64,000 bases of DNA, taken from positions 22,568,001 through 22,632,000 of the forward strand of contig NC_042997.1 of assembly GCF_006345805.1 (NCBI RefSeq). Direction: 5' to 3'. The first letter of the stretch is position 1. Every line of letters begins with the position of its first letter. The notes beneath the pieces are model-generated. The model ran no database searches. It was given only the letters and a program-made list of their open reading frames with translations, and was not told the origin of the DNA. Both the position numbers and the translations under genes were made by a program. Origin of the DNA: Octopus sinensis (taxonomy: Eukaryota). This document shows positions 12,305-22,829 of the stretch, in pieces.

Positions 12305-12860
12305 ACTTTCTTTTATTGGCCACAAGGGCCAGGCACGACAAATAGGGACAATGCAATACAAAGGACAAGTGGGATGTTGAACAATGCCGTGTATAGAATA
12401 AGTATTAAAAAAAACAAATAAGAAAACAATTTAACTATAAGAATTCCCCCAAAGTAGGGAGTTCCTTACAGAGACAACCGCAAAACCCCACGCAGCTTGG
12501 TTACCCCAACTGCCAGGTGCACCTCAGCAGGCACCGCTCTCCTTAACACCTCCGGTTTACAAACGAAGCTTCAGTGTAGGCCCATTCACATGGGCCATTG
12601 TCGTCACATGCAGCTGTCTTTCACCAAATTTACTGGTGGGGCAGAACTTAACTCTCTACCTTCAATTTCTTTTTCAAGTGGAACTTGAAAAAGCCAATGA
12701 GGGCTTAGCTGAAGAAGAAAGTATCTGTCTTCAGTCCTTTCAGCCTTGTCCACCACACTACTTCTTTCGTCATAGCCACCAGACAGTGAAAAATTGCATT
12801 TCCTTCCCGGCCAAAGAAAGGAAGGCAGCGGGGCGATCTTCACGATGGGCTCGGCTGATG
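12305..12860 (-). mobile_element. Tx1/L1-like LINE 3' end (ORF2 C-terminus remnant plus 3' UTR)
   Basis: Minus translation ..GLKTDTFF..ALIGFFKFHLKR.. resembles an L1/Tx1 ORF2 C-terminus. Ends TTGTCCCTATTTGTCGTGCCTGGCCCTTGTGGCCAATAAAAGAAAG. Confidence 0.6.
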
Positions 12861-15053
12861 ACCGGATCCGCCCTACACGCGATAACAGTAATAACAATAA
12901 TAAGACAGTGATTCTCATGGTTTCTGATCTTAACTGCTCAATACCACAGATTTACTTGTCACTTGTTTGACCTTAACCAGTTGAGCATGTTCCTTAGTAG
13001 CTGATGAATTGTGCATCTCTGATCATCATAGCCATGTGTTGAAGAAAATTTGTTTGGGTTTGGATAATTCACCTCTGGAAACATGGGTGTCTAGTAAAAC
13101 ATCCTTAAACGACCCTTACTCAGGGACCTTTTGCGCGGGATGGGCTACTCGGTCTGAAGAAAATTCTAACTGGGCCCTACCTGCGAGGTCATGCGCTGTT
13201 TATCTTGATATAAGATCACCATGTCACACACATGTGGTTGTGATACATGTGCCTGGTGTACCCTTATAAGACGGGAAGTCATGATGGGTATAATGGGCTT
13301 CATATATTTTACACCAGTGTCACTTTGGTGGCATGCCCTACTCTCTCACTCAATAATAATAATAATAATAATAGATCTCTGGCTTACCATACATGCAGGA
13401 AGTGCAGAAGATTGTTTAAACTAGTACGTCACAGGTACTGAGAAGAGTTTGGGAATTTTTGTTCCACGCTCCTATTTTCTTTGTTTACTTTTTAATTTTT
13501 TTCCTTTTTCTCTCTGTCTATTTGCCCTTTTTTCTCTATCACGTGACTCTGTAAATGAACAATCTGGTGTGTTTATTTTAATTGCTTGCCAATGTATACA
13601 GTGAGTTTCTCTTCCATAGGTACCAGGAAGACACTCGGCAAGAAATGGAAACAGAATTGAAAGATGGTGATGATAATAATAACAAGAGCACTCACAGGGC
13701 GCAAACTTCCGCCAAGGCAACGCTAACGTCTTCTCAACGATTAGCCGGAGATGGTTTTTAAAATAAGAATATCTGAAATAAACTCGACTGCTCTCACAAA
13801 CGAGAATACTAAAAATGAACACGGCTGCTCTCAAAAATTAGGTAAAACAACAAAAAAAAAAACCGAAAAAATAATCTAGAATCCTTCTCTGATACCAGAT
13901 TGATCCCAAAATCTAATCAGTTCGTGCCAGTCATGAGGCCAATTATCCCTGAAAGTTTCATCCGAATCCATTTAGCATTTCTTGAGATATCTTGTCCACA
14001 ACAAATAAACAAAGACGGGATCTTTTCAATCTGACCAGCATATTTTTTTTATTAATTTTTCTTTTAAGTAAACACTTTGAAAATTCGGAGGGGACCCAGA
14101 AGTTGTTGTTTGCAAACAGCAGCAATAATTTTCTTCAGCTGAATACACGTCATTGATTGGTTAAAATTACGACCTTAACCAGTTGAGCATGTCCCTTAGT
14201 GGCTGACGATATGTGCATCTCTGATCACGAGCAGAAGTAGTGGGGGAGCATCATAGCCATGTGTTGAGAGGGATTCTTTGGGGTTTGAATAATTCACCTC
14301 TGGAAACATGGGTGGTTCTTTCAACATCCTTAAACAACCCTTATTCAGGGACCTTTTGAGCGGGATAGGCTACTCGACCAGAAGAAAATTCTAACTGGGC
14401 CCCACCTGCAAGGTCATGCGCTGTTTACCTTGATATGAGATCACCATGTCGCGCACGTATGGTTGTGATGCATGTGCCTGGTGTACCCTTATCAGACGGG
14501 AAGTCATGATGGGTATATTGGGCTTCGTATATTTTACCCCAGTGTCACTTTGATGGCATGAACTGCTCTCTCACTCCATAATAATAATAATGGTTTCAAA
14601 GTTTGGAGAAGAGCTAGTAAATTTAGGGAGAGGTGAGGTATGCCGATTACAGTGGTGAACTGGTACCTATTAAAGCACTGGATGCGACATAGACGAATGA
14701 CTTACTACTACTACTACCACTGTCTTAAAAATATATTTTAATTATAATAATGATGATTTCTTTTGTTATAATAATAGTATTGATGGATGTGTGCAAAGAA
14801 ATTTTCTTGAAGGGGATTGTCAATTAAATTGTTCTATGCATCCTGGATTTGAACCTAGAATGTAATGTCACTAAATACTGCATCTGATTAATGACATATA
14901 GTGTTCTACTATTTCTGCTAATTAGTGTCATTACATGAAGTGTTATCTAAAACAGAGATAAACAAAACATTTGGCTCTACTCACTATGAAGTGTAAGAAC
15001 AAGAGGAAAAAATACAGAGTTGTCTCCCTTGTATCATTTTTTTTCGTTGAAAA

Positions 15054-17313
15054 TACTGTACAACAAAACTGAACGTTATTTCGACTACGGAGATGAGAAT
15101 AAGGTTTTCTAAGATAATTTTATGCGTAGATCACAGAAATGGCAACCGTTTCTCACAGAATGACTTTAGTTTATGGTAATTCTGCTTTTTAATATTAGGG
15201 TATTTTTATAATTCAATTTTTCATTTTTCAGATTTTCAGAGAAAAAAAAGCTATAAAATACCTATAAACATTTAATTAAATCTTTAATTAGAATAAAAAT
15301 TGCATTAAAATAACAAGAGGTCTGTGTAGAAATCACCCAGACAAATTGTTATAGCTGTGGTGCTGTGACATTCCAGAAGTATTCAAGAATTATTACGCCA
15401 TTGGTAAAAAAAAAAACAAGCAGTATTATTTATATATTTTTGAGTGATGATAGGAGACCAAGATCAAAGTTGGGCACCACATATATGTTGCACAGCATGT
15501 ACCAATGGTCTTTGGGAAAGTTAAGAAGTATGCAGTTTGGAATTCCAATGAATTGGCATGAACCACAAGACCACCATTCTGACTACTATTTCTATCTTGT
15601 AGATGTTAAAGGTGTGTTTTTTATTTTCAGTAAACTTAGCATAAATGTATCTAAATATATTTATTTTTATTCGTTACATTAAATATAGGAAATGCTATAA
15701 TATAATTTATTTTCTTAACAGATATAACAACGAAGAGTGCACCGTCGGGATGTATCCGAATGTAAAATCCGCCATTCGGACTGCACCTCATTCGGCCAGC
15801 ATTCCGATACCTACGGTACCTGCGAACATGGTTTTATCCGATATTAGTGAATCAGAAGAGAATTGTGAACAAGATGAGGTGTATGTGCCTGCATCAGAAC
15901 AATCCGGACCGAAACCCCTTGCACAGGATGAGTTAAACGATCTTGTTCGGGATTTGAGATTAACGAAAATGCAGAGCGACTTACTGTCTTCTAGGTTAAA
16001 GAAAAGAAACTTGGAAACTCAAGATGTCAGCATCACAAAATTTCGAAATTGTCCAGATGGTTTAATAGAAAAAATTGAAATGAATGGACTCTTTGAGTAT
16101 CTTGGCTTAAATTACGACCCTAGTGAGTGGTGGCTATTCTTAGACTCTTCGCTTTATAGTACTAAAGCTGTGCTACCGCACATAGGTAATAAACTTCCGT
16201 CAGTTCCTGTAGCTCATTCTGTTGCACTAAAGGAAACGTATGAAAATTTATCGTTCACATTAGGTTGTATAAGATATAATGAGTGTAAATGGCTGATTTG
16301 TGCTAACTTGAAAATTGTAGTGATTGTAATTGGCTTGTAGGCTGGGTTTACTTAGTACATGTACTTTTTGTGTCAATAGGACAGCCGTGCTTGGTAAGAG
16401 CATTATATCCGTAGTGAATAGCCATTGAGAAATGAATGAGAAATAGGTTCACATAACGTTATACGTGAACCACTGGTTCTTAAGGAGAAAATAAGTTTGC
16501 CTCCATTGCATATTAAATTAGGTCCTATCAAACAGTTTGTTAAGAAGTTAAATCTGGAAGAGCCACCATTTTTGTACTTGAAAACTAAGTTTCCCAAACT
16601 AAGCCATGAGCAAATCAAAGAAGGCGTGTTTGTCAGTCCCCAAATTCGGCAACTTTTGACAAACGATAATTTTGAAAACACCTTGAATATGTTGGAATTG
16701 GATGCATGGCAAAGTTTCAGAAACGTATGTTATGGTCTACATGGGAAGCGCAGAGCAGCCAACAATGAAGTACTTGTAGGAAAACTCATTGATTTGTACA
16801 AATCATTAGGGTGCTAAATCATAATGTCGTTAAAAGTTCGCTATTTGCATTCGCATCTAGCTTTATTTCCTCAGAATGCAGCAGACATCAGCAACAAACA
16901 TTCCACCAAGACATAAGTCAAATGGAAACTCGATCTGAGGGGAAGTGGAGTCCCGCCATGCTTGCTGACTTTTGCTGGTTTCTTCAGAGAGATAGACCTG
17001 ATGCTATACATAGAAAAAAACATAAATATTGTACTAAAAAACAGATGTTCTTCCTTTTATAAAAGACGCAAATAACGTATTTACTATTAATAACAACCCA
17101 TTTTGCAGAAAACTCGTTTTAATTCTAGGAAAAAAATGTTATTTTCACTGAAAAATACCCATTTTCTAGCAAAAACATACCGTTTAGTGACGGCGCATTT
17201 TACGAAACACTGGAGTCATTTCATGAAAAACGGAGTTCATTTTCATATCTAGGTAAAAACTGTTCCAGAAAATTATGATTTCTCCTCTGTAGCAAAATCA
17301 TTGTTGTACAGCG
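15054..17313 (+). mobile_element. CMC-superfamily (Chapaev3-like) DNA transposon with decayed transposase
   Basis: TIRs TACTGTACAACAA (15054-15066) and TTGTTGTACAGCG (17301-17313), consensus CAC..GTG. Transposase motifs WHEPQDHHSDYYFY, YPNVKSAIR, WWLFLDSSLYSTKAV, PPLHIKLGPIKQFVK, KEGVFVSPQIRQLL, SLKVRYLHSHL. Multiple stops. Family assignment is from recognition of these motifs. Confidence 0.75.
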
Positions 17314-18754
17314 TAATGTTACCTTTGAAATGCTGTTTATCTTATTTTAAAACTGACGAATTGGTGGAAACTTCAAGCCATTTGCTTGAATTACTAATGA
17401 CACTCGTTCCGGTTTTCTGCACTTTATGATCAAGTTCCACTGAAATCTTGTTTGCCTTTCATTCTTCGGGAGTTGATATATTCAATACACTCCGGTGATG
17501 GAGGCGATTCCCAACTTTTTTTTTCTATTTATCTGTGGATTGACAATGTACCAATCTCCAAGAACCAGCCTCCTGTAGCTGATTCTGTCCGAGAACTACG
17601 TTAGGAGTACATGTGCCCGAGAAATATCCAACCGCTTAAGCATTAGTTTTTGGAATGGTCAAGCAATGGAGCGTCCATCGTTGACATTGAATGGAAGTTC
17701 ATCATTTTATCTTAGTAGTCTCTGAAATAATTTTATGTATAGTTCATATGTCGTTTTAAAGTTACATTATATTTTCACGTAATACTCTAGTCGTACTTTC
17801 AACTCTAATTAAGAAACAATTATTTATCTACATATTAATCAGTAAAGGGACTATTAACACCATTTTACTTCTAATATTGGTTTCAAATTTTGGCATAAGG
17901 CCAGAAATTTCGGTGGTGGGGTATAAGGCAATTACATCGATCCCAGTGCTCAATTGGTAATTATTTTATGGACCTCGAAAGAACGAAAAGCAAAATCGAC
18001 CTCGGTGGAATTTGAACTCAGGACGTTATGCCACTAAGCATTTTGCCCGACGTACTAACGATTCTGCCAGCTCACCGTTCCTACAGTTGTAGTATATTGC
18101 TGGGATGATATAATTGCTGAAAATGACATTGCTTTGAGAATTCATTTCATCTCTGATATTTATTCTTTTATTGCCCACAAGGGGTTAAATTTCACTTGGA
18201 GAAGAGTAATCCAAAGAAATTACCGATGGTGTGCATTGAAAGATGTTAGGTACAAATTAACAAAATGGAAAGAGTTTTAAGATTTTTGGGAAGAGGAGAA
18301 TTCAAAGGTTTAGAGCAGTGATTCGCAACCACCTTTTGCCTATGGACACTTTTAATTCATATTTTATTCTACTGAACCGTCATAGATATTCGATGTTTAA
18401 AAAAAAACTCTTATTATATTTTTATAATTAAATATTATAAGGAATTGTATAAAAAATAAAGTTAAAATATTTTGTGCATTGTAGAAGTATAACCAATTTA
18501 TTGCTCATAAATTTTAACGACAAAATCCTATATGGACCCCGTTTGAAATTCACTGATTTAGAGCCCGGCCATTCGTGAAATGGTAGAAATACACCGGCGG
18601 GGTGGGTGAAAAATGTTAACATTCTGTAAAATCTAACAATTACTCTATGTGTGTTGATAGAATAAATTACAAGCAAATTACTAAAGAAAAATTCAAAGAC
18701 AATTTCCACAACTAGTATTTTTGGCTTGTGTCTATAATAGAAATTTGGGTGTGT

Positions 18755-19150
18755 GGTAATTAGCTTGCTTGCCAACCACATGGTTCTGGGTTCACTCCCA
18801 CCGCATGGCACCTTGGGCAAGAGTCTTCTACTATAGCCTCGAGCCGACCAAAGCCTTGTGAGTGGATTTGGTAGACGGAAACTGTAAGAAGCCCATCGTA
18901 TATATGTATGTATATATATATGTATGCGTGTGTATATGTTTGTATGTCTGTGTTTACCCCCCCACCCCACCCCAACATCGCTTACAACCGATGCTGGTGT
19001 GTTTACGTCCCCGTAAGCTAGCGGTTCGGCAAAAGATACCGATAGAGTAAGTACTAGGCTTACAAAACATAAGTCCTGAGGTCGATTTGCTCGACTAAAG
19101 GCGGTGCTCCAGCATGGCCGCAGTCAAATGACTGAAACAAGTAAAAGAGT
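18755..19150 (+). mobile_element. tRNA-derived SINE (family C) with CORE-like CCTTGGGCAAG segment
   Basis: Head TGTGTGGTAA..AGCTTGCTT.CCAACCACATGGTTCTGGGTTCA.TCCCAC, then CCTTGGGCAAG, internal microsatellite and tail ..GCAGTCAAATGACTGAAACAAGTAAAAGAG. Copies at ~24965-25360, 55455-55995, partial 10440-10600(-), 44860-44913, 62010-62140. Confidence 0.82.
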
Positions 19151-19726
19151 AAGAGAATAGAGAATATACGGCTGTGTATTTACAGAAATGATAAGTTACA
19201 GGATTTATTGGTTTGCAGTATGGAGTTATTTCCCTTTATGTTCTGAAATTGAAATTCGACCGAACGCAAATTTATATTTATTCTTCGTTTGGTTGGAGAG
19301 TAACTAGGACGATGAAATTCTCTATACCTCCCGGCAAATTTTTTGACTGCATAGAAAAGTAATTTTTGCGACTGTATACAAATTAATACGATATATGATT
19401 TATAATTATGGTTTAGTTTTTAGATAATGATTTTTATTGCTCAATAATATTTTCGAATAAGATTTTATATAACACTCCAAATATATATAATTCATAAAAT
19501 AAGTACGAACATTTATAATTTGTCTGTCTGTCGGTCTCTCCCTCTCTCTCTCACGCACACACACACACACACAAACACATACAATTTCTTTATTTGGGGT
19601 TTCATTCAAATGTATCACATATACCATATATTTTTTCAAATTTTATCAATCCACAACTATAAATGGTTATATCAGAAATATTAAATTTCTAAATATCTCA
19701 TAGAGATATGTACAGTGGTGGGGCGA

Positions 19727-20009
19727 TATAATAGTTGTATACTGTCAATTTAACGTGGCAGTAGGGGATTACACCACCGCTGTTTAGCCCTAGGAAGCAT
19801 CGAACGCTTCCTGTCGTCTTCGACACATTTACTGTGTCCTTATTACGAAGGGGATGTATTTGGGGGTATTCGTCTCCCCTTCGTAAATATATATAAGGAC
19901 ACAGTAAATGTGTCAAAGTCGACAGGAAGCGTTCGATGCTTCCTAGGGCTAAACAACGGTGGTGTAATCCCCTACTGTCACGTTAAATTGACAGTATACA
20001 ACTATTATA
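19727..20009. mobile_element. ~283-bp near-perfect palindromic (fold-back/MITE-like) element
   Basis: Arms TATAATAGTTGTATACTGTCAATTTAACGTG...GACACATTTACTGTGTCCTTAT and their reverse complement, with an inner TACGAAGGGGA/TCCCCTTCGTA hairpin. Duplicated at 25942-26224; a related single arm lies at ~41760-41835. Confidence 0.9.
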
Positions 20010-20562
20010 AATGGTTATAGTCTTACATAAAATAAATTCTAAAAATGTTCAATCAATTTCAATAGAATGTCGAATTAAAAGAATAGGTAGATTATCAGAC
20101 GGAATGAAATACATTGTTGAGTTGTGAGGCTTTATGTTCGATGTTCAAATGCCATCGGATTTCTGCTTTGTCCATCAACTTTCTAGAGTTAAAATATATA
20201 AAAATCAACACCCATATATTCATACCTGTATTAGAAACGGCTGTTATGTTAGGTTGGCATAGACAATGGCATGCAATGTTTAAAGTCCACTGTGTTATAT
20301 TTTAATGCAATATCTGTTAGAAGGTGACTTCAGCTTTGATCCTTCCAGAATTGACAAAATACAATACGTAGCCTGTCACATTCAAGGCCGATTCAGTGGA
20401 ATGCGCGCGTGTATGCATGTGTGCGCACCTGTATGCGTGAGTTTGTGTCTGTATTTATATGTGTGTGTGTTGTGCATGTGTGTGTATACATGTGTCTGTG
20501 TACATATGTATGTGTGCGTGCGAGCATATGTGTCCGTGTTTATGTGTGTATACGTGTGAGTA

Positions 20563-20843
20563 ATACAGTTCTATATTTAAGAGATGAGGAATTATGTACA
20601 TTATTTGCATTCGACGGATATTTGTCCTTTTTTGTTGTTGTTGTTGTTAACACGTTACGGCTGATATACCCTCCAGCCTTCTTCAGGTGTCTTGGGGGAG
20701 ATTTCGAACCTGGGTTCTCATTCCTAAGGAATTTTTCGATGTTGTTATTATTATTATTATTATATTATTATTATTATTGTTCAGGTCACTGCTTGGAATC
20801 GAACTCGGAATTTTAGGGTTAGTAGCTTGCCCTCTTATCCCCA
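20563..20843 (-). mobile_element. SINE-like element: tRNA-like head, (AAT)n spacer, then body with degenerate hammerhead motif
   Basis: Minus strand: ..GCTACTAACCCTAAAATTCCGAGTTCGATTCCAAGCAGTGACCT (B box), (AAT)n, CATCGAAAAATTCCTTAGGAATGAGAACCCAGG.., GACAC CTGAAGA A GGCTG-loop-CAGCC GTAA CGTGTT. Copy at ~26779-27059. Confidence 0.7.
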
Positions 20844-20930
20844 CGGGTATATGGCGTAGTGGTTGAGAGCGAGGGCTACTAACCCCAAGATTCCGAGTTC
20901 GATTCTACGCAGTGACCTAATAATAATAAC

Positions 20931-20963
<33 letters not shown>
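20842..20963 (+). mobile_element. tRNA-derived SINE head plus (AAT)n, in inverted orientation to the previous element
   Basis: A box TGGCGTAGTGG, anticodon-like stem GAGGG-CTACTAA-CCCCA, B box GAGTTCGATTC. Forms a fold-back with 20783-20838. Confidence 0.8.
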
Positions 20964-20965
<2 letters not shown>

Positions 20966-21487
20966 ATGTCAGGTAAAAAAAAACGGAAAACGAAAAGCGG
21001 AAAATAAAAAATAAAAATAAAAAAATAAATGTAGAAAGTAAAAAAACTTAAATGAGTTATCTCCCTTAGACCTTAGATTATAAAGCTGGAAAGATATGAA
21101 GTTAATCAGATATTATCTAATTTCAAGGCTGTGTCTAAAAAGATTAACTGCAATAAGGTTAGTGTCTTCTATTTTCCTGAAATTATTTAATCAGATTTTC
21201 CATAAATCTATCATACCTATGACTGTTCAAATTTCTCAATGAGATCAATCCATCATCACGATATAATCATATAATCAGGATGCATAAGAAGTGAATACAG
21301 ATTTATTAAATCTATATGATGTCTCCATGATTACAGCCGTTTCGTAGTCTTCTCAGTCTAGTATTATTTATTTCAACATTCCATATTATATATGTACATT
21401 TTACATCAATATGGATGCTAAGCATTATATGATTGTATGTCATGTAGAAATATACGTAAGAGAAACTTTCACAGATCATATATATAT

Positions 21488-21524
<37 letters not shown>

Positions 21525-21956
21525 CGGAACATCATCTTTCAACTCACTAAGTTGTATCCATGATGCTGCAGAGGTAGAATACACAAACAGACTGAAGCTG
21601 CGGTAAACAATGATGTATGTCGCTGAGAAATGTTTATCACAAGTTCGCATATGGCGTGTACCCTTGCATAGTATAAATAAAATACTTTAAAACACGTATG
21701 CGGTCGCCTGCTAGAAGTAAGAGCTATATCTCTCTCACATCATATCCAACCGTCTAAAACATGAAACAGTAGATAGACACTGTAGGGCCTGGTTTAGAAA
21801 ACTAATGATGTAATCGTCTCTGGGGTGATATCTTTGATATGGGTTCCATGAAGGTGATGTAGTACTAAACAACAACAACAGCATATACACAAAAGCAAAA
21901 CCATAAATACCCTCAAAATTATTAATAAATTGTGCTTCATTTTAAATGTATATATC

Positions 21957-22292
21957 TCAAACATTAAAATAATTAAAATTCCATGTTCGTTGATTGGCTT
22001 CGAATACATGTTTTGGCCTTGTGTCGTATCCAAATTGTAAACAGTCATCTTTTAGAAGAACCTCTAACTGATCTAAAACATCCATTGGTACTGTACTATA
22101 AGCGTAAGACATTGCTTCATTTTTGATGACTTTTAAACTTTTATCATTTTTTGAAACCAGACTGGCATCTTTAATAGTATCTAAAAATTCTTGTTTAGTT
22201 ACAAATAATGTCTGGTTATTGGTAAAAGGGAAATCTAAATCCATACTGACGAATCCTCGAATCTGAGCTCTTCGCCATGTGCGGCGCAAAAT
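21957..22292 (-). CDS. Duplicate copy of the sulfotransferase terminal coding exon
   Basis: Identical translation to 28173-28508; lies inside the 6.1-kb duplication. Confidence 0.6.
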   Translation of the reverse strand: MLRRTWRRAQIRGFVSMDLDFPFTNNQTLFVTKQEFLDTIKDASLVSKNDKSLKVIKNEAMSYAYSTVPMDVLDQLEVLLKDDCLQFGYDTRPKHVFEANQRTWNFNYFNV

Positions 22293-22729
22293 CTGAAAAT
22301 TTAAGAAACATGAGTATAATAAATAGAGAATATTATATTGGTTTCAAATTTTGGCAAAAGGCTAGGAATTTCGGGGAAGGGGCTAAGTCGATTACATAGA
22401 CCCCTTACACTTAACTGGTGCTTATTTTATCGACCTCGTAAACATGAAAAGCAAAATCAACCTTGACGGAGTTTGAACATAGACGGACAAAATGCCGCAT
22501 AGCAATTTTCCCGACGTACTAAAGGTTCTACCAGCTCACCACCCTAATAGTGCGTATATCGAAGACTACGAACATTCACAACAATATCGATTAAACATTT
22601 TTATTAAGCACAATGGCTTATATCTAACAAGAAAAAGGAGCACACATTAGAACTCCTATTTTCATACAATCATTTGTAGCAGAGTGGTCTAAGTTGAAAT
22701 TGGGTTGCATCCTAGTTTTCCCGGTAGCT

Positions 22730-22829
22730 NNNNNNNNNNNNNNNNNNNNNNNNNNNNNNNNNNNNNNNNNNNNNNNNNNNNNNNNNNNNNNNNNNNNNNN
22801 NNNNNNNNNNNNNNNNNNNNNNNNNNNNN
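22730..22829. other. Assembly gap (100 N)
   Basis: Run of exactly 100 N. Confidence 1.

Noticed and set aside
20851-20918. Possible functional tRNA gene
   Set aside because: There is no proper acceptor stem or T-run terminator. It ends in (AAT)n and has a diverged inverted twin, so it is a SINE head.
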